In this document: positions 1-10,630 of the stretch, in pieces
Layout of the letters: every line of letters starts with the position of its first letter
How positions within the stretch are numbered: the first letter of the stretch is position 1
Assembly: GCA_035493735.1 (NCBI GenBank)
Contig: DATJHR010000119.1
Coordinates: 3,589 to 67,588, forward strand
Direction: 5' to 3'
Source: Acidocella sp.
GTDB taxonomy: Bacteria; Pseudomonadota; Alphaproteobacteria; Acetobacterales; Acetobacteraceae
DNA: 64,000 bases
Notes under the pieces: generated by a model
Told to the model about the DNA's origin: nothing
The model's input: only the letters and a program-made list of their open reading frames with translations
Database searches by the model: none
Translations under genes and position numbers: made by a program

Positions 1-49
1 CGGCCAGGAGGCTGGGGGCGATCAGAAGTCGAGTCGGGCGTGCGTTCAT
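1..49 (-). CDS. rpe: Ribulose-phosphate 3-epimerase, N-terminus only (runs off window start)
   Basis: Hand translation MNARPTRLLIAPSLLA matches the Rpe N-terminal IAPS(I/L)L motif; rsmB-rpe linkage is common in alphaproteobacteria. Confidence 0.65.
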   Translation of the reverse strand, partial: MNARPTRLLIAPSLLA

Positions 50-129
50 GGCGTGAATTGTACCCAGGCCGACACGGTTTTCACAAGCGCTCACCGATAC
101 GTTTCCGCTACGTTTCCGCCGGGCCTGGC

Positions 130-1659
130 TCAGTCGGCGGCTTCGTTCGTCAGGCCGTTGAACCGCAGCAGCACGATATCGAGACCGATCTGCTGCACGG
201 CGCTGGGCGGGCCGAGGGAAGCGATCCGGGTCAGGAACTGCGCCCGGTCCTCGTGATCTGCCTGGCCGATCCGCCCGTGGATGGCCCAGACGCGATGCCC
301 CGCGGCCAGGGCGGCGGCGGCTTGCTGCACGTCCTTGGTCCAGACCGTTTTCGGCAGATGCGCGCCTTGACGCCGCAGATAGAGGTTCATCATGTGCACC
401 GCGCCGGGATCATCCACCAGCAGCAGGTCGCCGGGCTGGAGATCGGTGTTCAGATCCGCTGCGGCGAGGTCCCAGCGCGGCTTGGTCTCGTCATGGTAAT
501 AAGGGTGCAGATTGAGCGCGGCGAGCAGGCCGATCACCGCCACCACGGGCATCTGCAGCCGGCGCGGCACCAGGGTGATGCCAAGCCCCGCGCAAATGAA
601 AAAGGGCGCCGCACTCCACAGCGTATAGCGCGGCATCCAGACCGGGCTGACGGTGGAAATCGCCAGCAGGCTGAGCGGCAAGACGAGAATGGCCGCGCCG
701 ATCACCACCAAAGTGCCGCGCTGCCGGCGCAGCGCATAGGCCCCGCCGGCGGCCAGAAGCAGCACCAGCCAGCCCAGCCCCGGGATGCCGGTGGCGAATA
801 CCCGCACCGCGATCAGGCTGGTCGTGTGCATGAAATAGGTCCCGGCCAGCGTCCACCAGATGCGCGCGGCGCTCAACGGCGGCACCCAGTCCAGCCCGCC
901 CATCGCCCCGCGCTGGCCGAAAAACTTCAGCGCCAGGAACCAGGGCATGCACAACAGTACGATGATGAGCTGCGCCCACAGCCAGTGGCGCCAGAAAGCG
1001 CGCGCCCGGCTGGTGCTGCGCCAGGCAATGGCGATCCCCGCGAGGTTTGCCGCGACGAACCAGAAAATCGAATCGCCGAGCACGTTGAGCGCGGCGATGG
1101 TGCCGAGCACATAGGCCGCCCAGGCGCCGGGCCGGCCACCTGAGGCGCGCAGAGGCCGCGCTGCCCCTTCCGGGTCCTGGGCGAGCAGCACCAGCCCCCA
1201 GAGGGCGACGAGGATGGTGCAGATCAGCAGCGTGTAAGAGCGGGCCTCCTGGCCGTATTGTACCTGCGCGGGCGAGAACACCATCAGCAGCCCGGCGGTC
1301 AGGCCCGCCAGCGTGCCACCCAGCGCCCGCGCCACGCCAAAGGCCAGCGCGCAGGAGAGGGCCCCGAACAGGACCGCCGGCATGCGCACCCAAAGCTCGT
1401 CATGCCCGAAATGCAGTGCCCAGGAGGTGAGGATGAAATAAGACGGGAACTGGTGGAAAAAGACCGAATTCTCGACCATCTGCCAAAGCGGCAGGCGGGC
1501 GCGGTGGATGGTGGTGACCTCGTCCATCCAGAACGGCTTGGCCGCCACGTCATGAAGCCGCGTGGCGAAGCCGAGCAGGAACAAGCCGATGAAGCACAGG
1601 GCGCTCACGCGCGCGGCACGGGGCTGATCTTTGTTTTGGCCTGGTTGCGAAGTCGTCAA
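130..1659 (-). CDS. GT-C fold membrane glycosyltransferase (PMT/ArnT-like, GT39/GT83)
   Basis: Multiple TM segments; FWMDE motif in first loop; QEARSY motif. Confidence 0.8.
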   Translation of the reverse strand: MTTSQPGQNKDQPRAARVSALCFIGLFLLGFATRLHDVAAKPFWMDEVTTIHRARLPLWQMVENSVFFHQFPSYFILTSWALHFGHDELWVRMPAVLFGALSCALAFGVARALGGTLAGLTAGLLMVFSPAQVQYGQEARSYTLLICTILVALWGLVLLAQDPEGAARPLRASGGRPGAWAAYVLGTIAALNVLGDSIFWFVAANLAGIAIAWRSTSRARAFWRHWLWAQLIIVLLCMPWFLALKFFGQRGAMGGLDWVPPLSAARIWWTLAGTYFMHTTSLIAVRVFATGIPGLGWLVLLLAAGGAYALRRQRGTLVVIGAAILVLPLSLLAISTVSPVWMPRYTLWSAAPFFICAGLGITLVPRRLQMPVVAVIGLLAALNLHPYYHDETKPRWDLAAADLNTDLQPGDLLLVDDPGAVHMMNLYLRRQGAHLPKTVWTKDVQQAAAALAAGHRVWAIHGRIGQADHEDRAQFLTRIASLGPPSAVQQIGLDIVLLRFNGLTNEAAD

Positions 1660-1811
1660 GATTTTCAGTCCTCGGCCGGGGTCTGCCCAAGCAGGCGGCC
1701 CGGTGATGTCACCCAGCCGGTGCTGTCACTTGGGGAGCGAAGCGGCGATAATCAAGCACCATTTGCGGGTGCAGACACAAGTGCAAGCCCCCGCATAGCG
1801 CGAGTCGTGCT

Positions 1812-3035
1812 CTAGGCCCGCACCAGCCGGGCGATGAAAAAACCGTCCATGCCGCCGCGCTCGGGCCATAGGCCCGGATGCGTGCGCACATCGCCGTGTG
1901 CCGTCACCGCTTCGGGGAGTTCCGGCAGGTGGAGCGGATCGCGCTTGAGGCCGAGCCGGGCGCAGGCGGCATCGATCCGCGTCGCCCCTTCCTCCGGCTG
2001 CAGCGAGCACACGGCATAGATCAGCCTGCCGCCCGGGGCGAGCATTTCAGCGCTCGCATCCAGCAGGGCATCCTGCGCCTTGGTCAGCATTTGCACGTCG
2101 CGCGGCTTGCGCAGATGCAGCAGGTCCGGATGGCGGCGGATCGTGCCGGTGGCGCTGCACGGCGCATCCAGCAAAATCGCCGCGAATTTTTTCTCCGGCC
2201 GCCAGGTCGCGGCGTCGGTGAGGACCGTTTCGGCGCTCAAGCCCAGCCGGGCGAGGTTGGCCTTCAGCGTGCCCATGCGGGCCGGGTCACGTTCCACCAC
2301 CGTGACGATGCCGCCCGCGGCGGCCAGCTGCGCCGTTTTGCCGCCGGGGGCGGCGCAAAGGTCAAGTACGTGCTCACCAGGCTGCACCGCGAGCATACGG
2401 GCGGGCAGGGCGGCCGCCGCGTCCTGCACCCAGATATCCCCTTCGCCGAAACCCGGAAGTTCGGTCACGGCCGTGCCCGCGGGGAAGCGCACGGAGCCGG
2501 TCGGGAGGGTTTCGCCCGCGAGCGCAAAACCGGGTTTGGTCGAAATATCGAGCGGGGCCTCGTGCGCGTGCGCGGTGGCGATCGCCCGCGCCTCGCGCCC
2601 CCAGCTCGCCCAGGCCCAGCCGGGCGTGTCGAGGCGCGGCATGTCCAGCCCGTCCAGCGCCGCGGGGCCGGAAGCGGCCACCTTGCGCAGCACGGCATTG
2701 ATCAGCCCGGCGAAGGGGGCAAGCTGGCGGGTCCGCGCCAAGTCCACGGCGGTGGCCACAGCGGCGTGTGCCGGTGCATCGAGAAAGATGGCGGCCGCCG
2801 CGCCGAGCCAGAGGATATGCCGCACTGGCACCGGTGGTTCGCGGCGCAGGTGCGCCGCCAGAACTTCATCCAGCGTGCCGGTATGGCGCAGCACCGAAGC
2901 CGCCAGCCGGTGCGCCGCCGCCTTGTCCCGTGGCGCCATGGCCGGCAGCGCGTCGAGTGCCACGTCAAGCGACGTATTCTTGGTCAGCACCGCCTGCAGC
3001 AACGCAAAAGCGGCTTCTCGCGTGGGATCTCGCAT
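1812..3035 (-). CDS. rsmB: RsmB/NOP family RNA m5C methyltransferase with NusB-like N-terminus
   Basis: DLCAAPGGKT, DAPCSATG and YAVCS motifs; start moved to MRDPTR because the longer ORF overlaps the tRNA. Confidence 0.9.
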   Translation of the reverse strand: MRDPTREAAFALLQAVLTKNTSLDVALDALPAMAPRDKAAAHRLAASVLRHTGTLDEVLAAHLRREPPVPVRHILWLGAAAAIFLDAPAHAAVATAVDLARTRQLAPFAGLINAVLRKVAASGPAALDGLDMPRLDTPGWAWASWGREARAIATAHAHEAPLDISTKPGFALAGETLPTGSVRFPAGTAVTELPGFGEGDIWVQDAAAALPARMLAVQPGEHVLDLCAAPGGKTAQLAAAGGIVTVVERDPARMGTLKANLARLGLSAETVLTDAATWRPEKKFAAILLDAPCSATGTIRRHPDLLHLRKPRDVQMLTKAQDALLDASAEMLAPGGRLIYAVCSLQPEEGATRIDAACARLGLKRDPLHLPELPEAVTAHGDVRTHPGLWPERGGMDGFFIARLVRA

Positions 3036-3055
3036 AAATTTTATTCTCGGAGGCA

Positions 3056-3131
<76 letters not shown>

Positions 3132-3269
3132 GGAACCCATGAAGCGGACAGGGTCCATCGTGGTGGGCGATCTCGCGCATTTGCCGGGCGAAGTCAACAG
3201 GCAAGGCGAAAACATTGCCACGGGCGCCCCCCCTGGCTACTCATGCGCCGGCAAAACACGAGGCAATTT

Positions 3270-3578
3270 ATGCTCTTCGCAATTTTTTGGCTGCTCAGTG
3301 AATTAATCCATTTGATGGTCCTGGCCATCATCGCCGCCGCGGTGTTGAGCATCCTGCTCAGCTTCGGTGTGGTAAACGCTCGCAGCCGCTTCATTTATTC
3401 CCTGATGGATTTTCTCACCCGGGTGACCGACCCGGTGCTTAATCCGATTCGCAGCTTCCTGCCGCTGTTCGGTAATGTGGATCTGTCGCCGCTGGTGGCG
3501 ATTCTGCTCCTGCAAGCGCTGCAATTCGTACTGTCGGATGTTTACGGCCGCCTGGTCATGGCCGGGTTGGGATTCTGA
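3270..3578 (+). CDS. YggT family membrane protein
   Basis: TDPVLNPIRSFLP...VDLSPLV motif; start at MLFAIF. Confidence 0.85.
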   Translation: MLFAIFWLLSELIHLMVLAIIAAAVLSILLSFGVVNARSRFIYSLMDFLTRVTDPVLNPIRSFLPLFGNVDLSPLVAILLLQALQFVLSDVYGRLVMAGLGF

Positions 3579-3776
3579 TCACGCTCCCGTGGCGCCAGCG
3601 CAGCGCGGTCTAAAGCCGCTTCGCCCAGCGTTCCTATGGTGCCATAAAGTCGCTCGCGTAAAAAAAGCAGGATGGGAGCATGATTGATGTAAGGCAATCA
3701 TGCTCTATGTGTGCGGCGTGTTTGGAAAGGGTGGGATTTGCGTCTTTTTGTTGTGACCCTCAGTCGGCTGATTGTC

Positions 3777-6374
3777 ATGATCGTCGACACGGCCCGCAGG
3801 TTCGCCTGGCCAGCCGTGATCGCGCTTGTGGCGCTGGCGGTCGCGGGCCTGGCGTATTCGACGCAATATCTGCGGATGGATTCCGACACCGACGACCTGT
3901 TTGCCAGCTCGCTGCCCTGGCGGCAGGCGCAGATCCAGGAAAGCCAGAATTTTCCGCAATTCGACAATCTGATCGTCGCGGTGGTGCGGGCCAAGACGCC
4001 GGAAGAGGCGCGCGAGACCGCGGCGGCGCTGAATGCGGCGCTAAACCAGGACAAAGCGAATTTTATCGGGTCGCAATACCCGGCGGGATTGGCGTTCTAC
4101 GCCCGTGAAGGGCTGTTGCTGTTGCCTGCGGACCAGCTGGTCAAATTGCTGACCTCCATCGTCGCGGCGCAGCCCTTCCTTGGCCAGCTGGCGGCCGACC
4201 CGTCCGCGCGCGGCCTGTTCACCGGCCTTGGCCTGATTGCGCAGGGGGTCTCCACCGGGGCCGACCTGACGCCTTATCAGGCCGCCCTGGAGGGCGTGCG
4301 AAAAAATCTCGCCGCCGCCGCTGCCGGCCATCCGGAGCCGCTTTCCTGGCAAAGTCTGATTACGGGCGGGGTCGGCGGGCAAGACGTCGAATTCGTGTTG
4401 GCGCATCCCAAGCTCAATAAGGGCACGCTGCAGCCGGGCGGGGTCGCCACGGCGACTTTGGCGCGGATCGCGAAAAGCCTGCCGGATGTGCAAGCCGGCC
4501 GCGCCACGGTCAATTATACCGGCCAGGTCCCTCTGGCCGATGAGCAGTTCGCCTCGCTCACCCAGGGGCTGGTGGTGGGCGGTATCATCAGCGTGCTGCT
4601 GATCGCGCTGTGGTTGTTCCTGGCGCTGCGCTCCTGGCGGCTGATTTTGCCGATCCTGGCGACCTTGCTGCTCGGCCTGGCGTTGACGATCAGCTTCGCC
4701 GCCGTGTTCATCGGCGTCATCAACCTGATCTCGGTTGCCTTCGCGATCCTGTTCATCGGCCTGGCGGTGGATTTCGCCATCCAGTTCTGTGTGCGTCTGC
4801 GTGACGTGCGGCATGGTCTGACCGATCTGGGGCGGGCGATTCCAGAGACCGCGCGTCAGGCCGGCGGCCAGATCGCGTTGGCCGCCACCGCCACGGCCTG
4901 CGGCTTTTTCGCCTTCGCGCCGACGCCCTTCGTCGGGGTCGCCGAGCTCGGGGTTATCGCCGGGGCGGGCATGTTCATCGCGCTGTTCTGCACCGTCACC
5001 TTCCTGCCGGCGCTGCTTTGGCTGTTCCGTCCCCGTGGCGAGTCGCTGCCGGTGGTGCTGCCGTTCGGCGCGCCGATGGACCGCGCGCTGCAGCGCGGGC
5101 GCCGCCCGGTTCTGCTGGCGTTTGCGGTGCTGGCGCTGGCCGGGGCGGCCAGCGCGGCGACGATGAGTTTTGACGCCAACCCGCTCGACACCAAGGACCC
5201 GAACAGCGAGAGCATGCGCACGCTGCAAAAGCTGATCTCCAATCCCGCGACCAACCCGTTTTACGCGCAAGCCCTGGCGCCGAACCTGGCGGCGGCCAGG
5301 GCGCTGCAGGCGCGATTCGCGAAGCTGCCTGAAGCCGCGGGGACGATGTCGGGCGGCACCTTCGTGCCGGAGGGGCAGGCGCAGAAGCTGGCGATGCTGG
5401 CGCAGGCGAAAACCATTCTGGCGCCGACCCTCCTGGCCGCGGATTCCGCGCCGCCGGCGGTCACCGCGGCATCGATCCGCGCGGCGATGGCCAAGGCCCA
5501 TGATGCCATCATGCAGGTGGCGGGGAAGTTGCCGAAAGGCTCGCCGCTGCTCGGCATCGCCGCCGTGCTGGCGCAATTGCAGACCGCCAGCGACACCAAG
5601 GTGATGGCCATGAATGCCGCCATCACCCGTTTCCTCCCCGACGAATTGCAGCGCCTCAGCACCAGCCTGGCGGCGCAGCCGATCACGGTGGCGAGCCTGC
5701 CTCGGCAAGTCGCCGCGGACTGGTTCCTGGCAGACGGGCGGGTACGGGTGGAGGTCTTTCCCACGCAAGAGGCGCAGAGCACCGCGGGGCTGCACCGCTT
5801 CGTCAAGGCGGTGCTGGAGGTGGCGCCAGATGCCGGTGGGCCGGCGGTCTCCACCGTCGCCACGGCCGACACCATCCTCTATTCGTTCCGCGAGGCGGCA
5901 GTATTGGCGTTCCTCGCCATCGCGGTGATCCTGGTGGCGGTGTTCCGCAATCTGCGTGACACGCTGCTGGTGCTGGCGACGCTGGCGCTCTCGACGCTGC
6001 TCACGGCCTTGTTTGCGAAGCTATGGGGCTTGTCGATCAACTACGCGAATATCATCGCCCTGCCGCTGCTGCTCGGCGTCGGCGTCTCGTTCAACGTGTA
6101 TTTCGTCATGAATTTCCGCGCCGGCATGCGCAAATTCCTCTCCTCCGCCACGGCGCACGCGGTGCTCTTCTCGGCCCTGACCACGAGCACGGCGTTCGGC
6201 TCACTTGCCGCCTCGCATGACCGAGGCACCGCAAGCATGGGAATTCTACTTCTGCTCAGCCTGGTGGCCGTGTTGATTTCGACGTTCGTATTTCTCCCGG
6301 CCATGCTCTACACGCTGAGCGCCGAGGCTGATCGCCGCGCCGCCATGCCGGAGCGTGATGCTCGAGAAGCGTAG
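3777..6374 (+). CDS. MMPL/RND transporter, hopanoid transporter HpnN-like
   Basis: Two TM bundles, GLAVDFAIQ motif, large periplasmic loops; start uncertain. Confidence 0.8.
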   Translation: MIVDTARRFAWPAVIALVALAVAGLAYSTQYLRMDSDTDDLFASSLPWRQAQIQESQNFPQFDNLIVAVVRAKTPEEARETAAALNAALNQDKANFIGSQYPAGLAFYAREGLLLLPADQLVKLLTSIVAAQPFLGQLAADPSARGLFTGLGLIAQGVSTGADLTPYQAALEGVRKNLAAAAAGHPEPLSWQSLITGGVGGQDVEFVLAHPKLNKGTLQPGGVATATLARIAKSLPDVQAGRATVNYTGQVPLADEQFASLTQGLVVGGIISVLLIALWLFLALRSWRLILPILATLLLGLALTISFAAVFIGVINLISVAFAILFIGLAVDFAIQFCVRLRDVRHGLTDLGRAIPETARQAGGQIALAATATACGFFAFAPTPFVGVAELGVIAGAGMFIALFCTVTFLPALLWLFRPRGESLPVVLPFGAPMDRALQRGRRPVLLAFAVLALAGAASAATMSFDANPLDTKDPNSESMRTLQKLISNPATNPFYAQALAPNLAAARALQARFAKLPEAAGTMSGGTFVPEGQAQKLAMLAQAKTILAPTLLAADSAPPAVTAASIRAAMAKAHDAIMQVAGKLPKGSPLLGIAAVLAQLQTASDTKVMAMNAAITRFLPDELQRLSTSLAAQPITVASLPRQVAADWFLADGRVRVEVFPTQEAQSTAGLHRFVKAVLEVAPDAGGPAVSTVATADTILYSFREAAVLAFLAIAVILVAVFRNLRDTLLVLATLALSTLLTALFAKLWGLSINYANIIALPLLLGVGVSFNVYFVMNFRAGMRKFLSSATAHAVLFSALTTSTAFGSLAASHDRGTASMGILLLLSLVAVLISTFVFLPAMLYTLSAEADRRAAMPERDAREA

Positions 6375-6561
6375 CCTCAGCCTCTCCGGCCATCGCACCA
6401 GTATCGCGCTGGAACCGGAATTCTGGGCGGCGCTGGCGGTTCTGGCGGAAGGGGAAGGGGTGACATTGGCAGCCCTGGTGACCCGGATCGATGCCGGCCG
6501 CGCGCCGGAGCAGAAACTCGCCTCTGCGCTCAGGGTGTTTGCCTTGAACGCAAGGAAGTAA
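6358..6561 (+). CDS. Ribbon-helix-helix domain protein (RHH_4)
   Basis: KRSLSLSGHRTSIALEPEFW...LASALRVF. Confidence 0.85.
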   Translation: MLEKRSLSLSGHRTSIALEPEFWAALAVLAEGEGVTLAALVTRIDAGRAPEQKLASALRVFALNARK

Positions 6562-6704
6562 GGAAGTAGCCGCTTTTTGGAAAAAGCGGCGCAAATACTT
6601 TTTTGACGCTGGGCCGGTGCCGGCGAAACCAGCACGGCCCAGATTAACAAAGTTTTTTTGCTACTTTTTGTTCACAAAAAGTAGCCTTTCTTTTTTCTCG
6701 CTTA
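6559..6704 (+). repeat. Three-hairpin palindromic element, copy 1 (centre type A)
   Basis: GCCGCTTTTTGGAAAAAGCGGC / TGGGCC..CACGGCCCA / GCTACTTTTTGTTCACAAAAAGTAGC, lying between two convergent TAA stops. Confidence 0.95.
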
Positions 6705-9152
6705 TCCGCGCAACACGCCGCCGGTCTTTTTCGCGACCTCGGCAACGATTTTCACGGAAATCGCCTCCAGCTCCGCCTCGGAGAAGCTCTTTTCCGTCGG
6801 CTGCAGCGTCACCGCGATGGCGAGCGAAACCTGGCCTTCGGGCACGCCCTTGCCCTGGTAGCGGTCGAACAGCGCCACGTTGGTGATAACGTTGCGTTCC
6901 GCCCCTTTGGCGGCGCGCAGCAGCGCTTCCACCGGGGCATCTGCGGGCAGCAGGAACGCGAAGTCACGGCGTAGGGGTTGGAAGGCGGGTAGCACGGGGG
7001 CGGCTTTGCGGCGGCGCTTCGGCTCCGCCACCGTGTCCAGGAACACCTCGAAAGCCACGCTGCCGAGCGGCAGGTCGAGTTTCTGGCAGAGGCCGGGATG
7101 CAGCGTGCCGAACGAGGCCAGCACGGTCTTCGGCCCCTGGCGCAGCGTGCCGCTTTGGCCAGGGTGATAGAAGGAGGCGCCTCCCGGAGTTGTTGTCACC
7201 GCATCCAGCGGCACGCCGATGGCGGCCAGCACGGCCAGCGCGTCGGCCTTGGCGTCCATCGCGTCGTAGGGGCGGGAGGGGGCGAGCGCGGAGAGCGGCG
7301 TGTTGCCGACTCGCACGCCGGCGGCGACCAGCGTTTGCGACGTATCGGCTGTGTAGGCCGGGCCGACCTCGAACAGGCTGACATCGCCGAAACCACGCGC
7401 GACGTTGCGGGCGGCGGCCAGCGCCAGGGGCGCCACCGGCGTGTTGCGCATCTGGTCCAGGTCGGCGGCGATCGGGTTGGCCAGGCGCAGCGTCTCCGGC
7501 GTATCGCCGAACAAAGCGGCGGTCTCACGGTCGAGGAAGCTGAATGTCACGCATTCCAACAGCCCGCGCGTCGCCAGAACCCGGCGCGCAAGCGCCGTGC
7601 GCGTCTGCTTCGGTGTCAGCATCGGCGCCGGAATGACGGCGTCGACCGGCAGCGAGACCGGGGCGATGGCATCCATGCCGTTCAGCCGCAGCACCTCTTC
7701 GATCAGGTCCACTTCCGGCTCAATCTGCGCCGCACCCTCGGCGGCTTTGGTGGCGCCGGGGAGGTCGGCCTGGTCCAGCGCCGGCGGCTGGGCGATGTCG
7801 TTGCGCCAGCTCGGCACACGCACCCGCACCTGCTGCGCATCGCGCGCCAGCACGCCAAAGCCGAGCCGCTGCAGCGCGCCCACCGCCTCGTCAGCCCCGA
7901 TCTCGGAGCCGCCAAAGCTTTTGATCCGGAAGAAGCGCAGGCTGGCCTCGCGCGTCCATTCCGGCCGGGCGCCGGCCTCGGACACAGCGCTGGCCTCGCC
8001 GCCGCAGAGCGCCAGGATCATCGAGGTGGCGGCGTCCAGCGCCGCGGGCAGAAGCTGGGAATCGATGCCGCGTTCAAAGCGCTGCCGGGCGTCGGAGAAG
8101 ATGCCGTGGCGCTGGCCGGTCTGGGCGATGCGCACATGGTCGAACAGGGCGCATTCGATGAACACGTTGGTGGTGCCCGCATCGCAGCCCGTGGCCTCGC
8201 CGCCGACAATGCCGGCCAGGGACTGCACGCCGTTGGCATCGGCGATCACGCAGTCTTCCGCGCCGACGCGCACCGGCTTGCCGTGCAGGCCCACGAACTC
8301 TTCGTCCGCGCCCCGGCGCAGGGTCAGCACGCCGCCGGCTACCTTGTCCGCGTCGAACACGTGCAGGGGGCGGCCGAGATCGATGGTGAAGAAATTGGTG
8401 ATGTCGGCCAGGACATTGATCGGCCGCAACCCAATCGAAGTCAGGCGGGCTTTCAGCCAGTCAGGGCTTTCGCCATTTTTCACGTTACGCACGGTGCGGC
8501 CCAGCACCCAAGGGCAGGCTTCCGGAAACGCGTTGCGCCATTGGATGGTGCTGGCGCCGGAGGCGGTGACCGTGCCGGGGACAAAGTCGACCAGCGTGCC
8601 GAGCCCGGCGGCCGCCAGGTCACGCGCCACGCCACGCACCGACAGCGCGTCGCCGCGATTGGGGGTGACGCTGATCTCGATCACCGGATCGTCCAGCCCG
8701 GCCCATTTCGCGTAGGGCGTGCCGACCGGCGCGTCGGCCGGGAGTTCGATGATGCCGTCATGATCCTCGCCGAGTCCGAGCTCGCGCGTGGAGACCAGCA
8801 TGCCCTCGGATTTGACGCCGCGGATTTCGCCCACTTTCAGGGTGATGCCGCTGCCCGGCACGTAGGCGCCGGGCGGGGCGAACACCGCTTTTAGCCCGGT
8901 GCGCGCGTTCGGCGCCCCGCACACCACGGAAAGCTCGCCGCCGCCGGCATTCACGCGGCAGGCGCGCAGCCGGTCGGCATTCGGGTGTTGAACCGCCTCG
9001 ATCACCTCGGCGATGACGAACGGAGCCAGACTCTCGGCCCGGTTCTCCACGCTCTCCACCTCCAGCCCGATGGCGGACAGGGTGGTGACGATCTGCTCGA
9101 GCGTGGCCTCGGTTTGCAGCCAGGTTTTCAGCCAGGAAAGAGAGAATTTCAT
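6702..9152 (-). CDS. pheT: Phenylalanine-tRNA ligase beta subunit
   Basis: MKFSLSWL start, HPNADRL, TPNRGD, RFERG, C-terminal FDX-ACB domain. Confidence 0.97.
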   Translation of the reverse strand: MKFSLSWLKTWLQTEATLEQIVTTLSAIGLEVESVENRAESLAPFVIAEVIEAVQHPNADRLRACRVNAGGGELSVVCGAPNARTGLKAVFAPPGAYVPGSGITLKVGEIRGVKSEGMLVSTRELGLGEDHDGIIELPADAPVGTPYAKWAGLDDPVIEISVTPNRGDALSVRGVARDLAAAGLGTLVDFVPGTVTASGASTIQWRNAFPEACPWVLGRTVRNVKNGESPDWLKARLTSIGLRPINVLADITNFFTIDLGRPLHVFDADKVAGGVLTLRRGADEEFVGLHGKPVRVGAEDCVIADANGVQSLAGIVGGEATGCDAGTTNVFIECALFDHVRIAQTGQRHGIFSDARQRFERGIDSQLLPAALDAATSMILALCGGEASAVSEAGARPEWTREASLRFFRIKSFGGSEIGADEAVGALQRLGFGVLARDAQQVRVRVPSWRNDIAQPPALDQADLPGATKAAEGAAQIEPEVDLIEEVLRLNGMDAIAPVSLPVDAVIPAPMLTPKQTRTALARRVLATRGLLECVTFSFLDRETAALFGDTPETLRLANPIAADLDQMRNTPVAPLALAAARNVARGFGDVSLFEVGPAYTADTSQTLVAAGVRVGNTPLSALAPSRPYDAMDAKADALAVLAAIGVPLDAVTTTPGGASFYHPGQSGTLRQGPKTVLASFGTLHPGLCQKLDLPLGSVAFEVFLDTVAEPKRRRKAAPVLPAFQPLRRDFAFLLPADAPVEALLRAAKGAERNVITNVALFDRYQGKGVPEGQVSLAIAVTLQPTEKSFSEAELEAISVKIVAEVAKKTGGVLRG

Positions 9153-9157
9153 CGCGG

Positions 9158-10225
9158 TTAGAAACCTTCGTGCAGCATGGCGGGGGCGAGGGCGGAGAAG
9201 CCGTAATGGCGCAGCCAGCGCACATCACTCTCATAGAACAGGCGCAGATCGGCGATGCCGTGCTTGAGCATGGTGATGCGCTCGATGCCGACGCCGAAGG
9301 CGAAGCCCTGATATTCACGCGGATCGATGCCGCAATTGGCCAGCACGTTGGGATGGACCATGCCGGAGCCGAGAATCTCCAGCCAGTCGCCGCCTTTGCC
9401 GATCTCGCCGGTCTTGCGGTTCCAGCCGATATCCACCTCCATCGAGGGTTCGGTGAACGGGAAATAGCTGGCGCGGAAACGCACCGGCAGATCGGGCGCA
9501 TCGAAAAAGGCGCGCAGGAAATCGATCAGGCAGCCCTTCAGATGGCCGAGCGTGATGTCTTTGCCGATCACCAGCCCTTCGGTCTGGTGGAACATCGGTG
9601 AATGCGTGGCGTCGTGGTCGGCGCGGAAGGTGCGGCCAGGCACAATGATGCGGATCGGCGGTTGCGCCGCGAGCATGGTGCGCACTTGCACGGGCGAGGT
9701 GTGGGTGCGCAGCACCGGCGGGCGGCTGCCCGGGGCGGCGCGGAGATAAAACGTATCCATCATCGCCCGCGCCGGATGATGCGCGGCAATGTTCAGGGCC
9801 GAGAAGTTGTTCCAGTCATTTTCAATGTCCGGCCCTTCCTTGATCGAGAACCCCATGGCACCGAAGATCGCCGCGATTTCCTCCATGGTGCGGCTGATCG
9901 GGTGGATCGCGCCGGCCACGTCGGGGCGCGGCGGCTGGGTGACATCGATTCGTTCCGCTGCCAGCCTGGCATTCAGCGCTGCCTCATCCAGCACCGCTTT
10001 ACGCGTGTTCAGCGCCTCGGTGATTTGTCCCTTGATCTCATTGACTTCGGCACCGGCTTGCCGGCGCACGTCCGGCGGCATGCCGCCCAGCGATTTCAGC
10101 GCGGCTGTGACGCTGCCATTCTTGCCGAGCAAAGCGACGCGCAGCGCCTCCAGCTCTTGCGCATCCGCCTGGCCGATCCGGTCCAGATCGTTCAGCAGTG
10201 AAAGCTTCATGTCCTCGGTCAGCAT
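9158..10225 (-). CDS. pheS: Phenylalanine-tRNA ligase alpha subunit
   Basis: LRTHTSPVQ, HSPMFHQ, FPFTEPS, GFAFG motifs. Confidence 0.97.
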   Translation of the reverse strand: MLTEDMKLSLLNDLDRIGQADAQELEALRVALLGKNGSVTAALKSLGGMPPDVRRQAGAEVNEIKGQITEALNTRKAVLDEAALNARLAAERIDVTQPPRPDVAGAIHPISRTMEEIAAIFGAMGFSIKEGPDIENDWNNFSALNIAAHHPARAMMDTFYLRAAPGSRPPVLRTHTSPVQVRTMLAAQPPIRIIVPGRTFRADHDATHSPMFHQTEGLVIGKDITLGHLKGCLIDFLRAFFDAPDLPVRFRASYFPFTEPSMEVDIGWNRKTGEIGKGGDWLEILGSGMVHPNVLANCGIDPREYQGFAFGVGIERITMLKHGIADLRLFYESDVRWLRHYGFSALAPAMLHEGF

Positions 10226-10630
10226 GGCATCACCTAATCTCGGTCTCCGAAGCACCGCTGGACGTGCGCCGCGAAGATGGAATTCGATTAAAAATTAGAT
10301 CGTTAAGGAACGATCCTTCAACCCGCATGCCGACCGTTTGCGTTGGGCGGCGGAATGCGTCGGGGAGGGCAGACATTTTCAGTGAGCAAATGTCAAGCGC
10401 CGCAGCGCAGGCCGGGGCCGCGCGACGGCTGGCGAAGTGTTACTAAATCTCAACAGCGGGATATAAACCGTTAAATCCCCCTAAACATCTCGACATTTCG
10501 CCCCGTGTCGTGCTTGACCCTTCTGTGCCGGGCAGAGTATGGCCGGCGAGGAAGCGTAATCATAGTGGTTTCGCAACTAAGTTAACTGACTAAGTTGACC
10601 TCACCATCACGGACAGGGATCGGTTTTACT

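Noticed and set aside
6246-6886. Short ORFs with peptides such as ESGRFLKKAAQKL or KVFLLLFVHKK (also near 15504, 20439, 25948, 38637, 40738, 53000)
   Set aside because: They are translations of the repeat element or shadows of real genes, not an independent protein family.
10353-10376. Upstream ORF start MSALPDAF resembles the TilS start MTALPDAF
   Set aside because: The similarity is limited to ~8 codons with several synonymous differences; most likely chance.
10465-10600. CtrA-like TTAA-N7-TAAA and an ACTAAGTT direct repeat upstream of pal
   Set aside because: They are short and degenerate and cannot be distinguished from AT-rich promoter background without comparative data.
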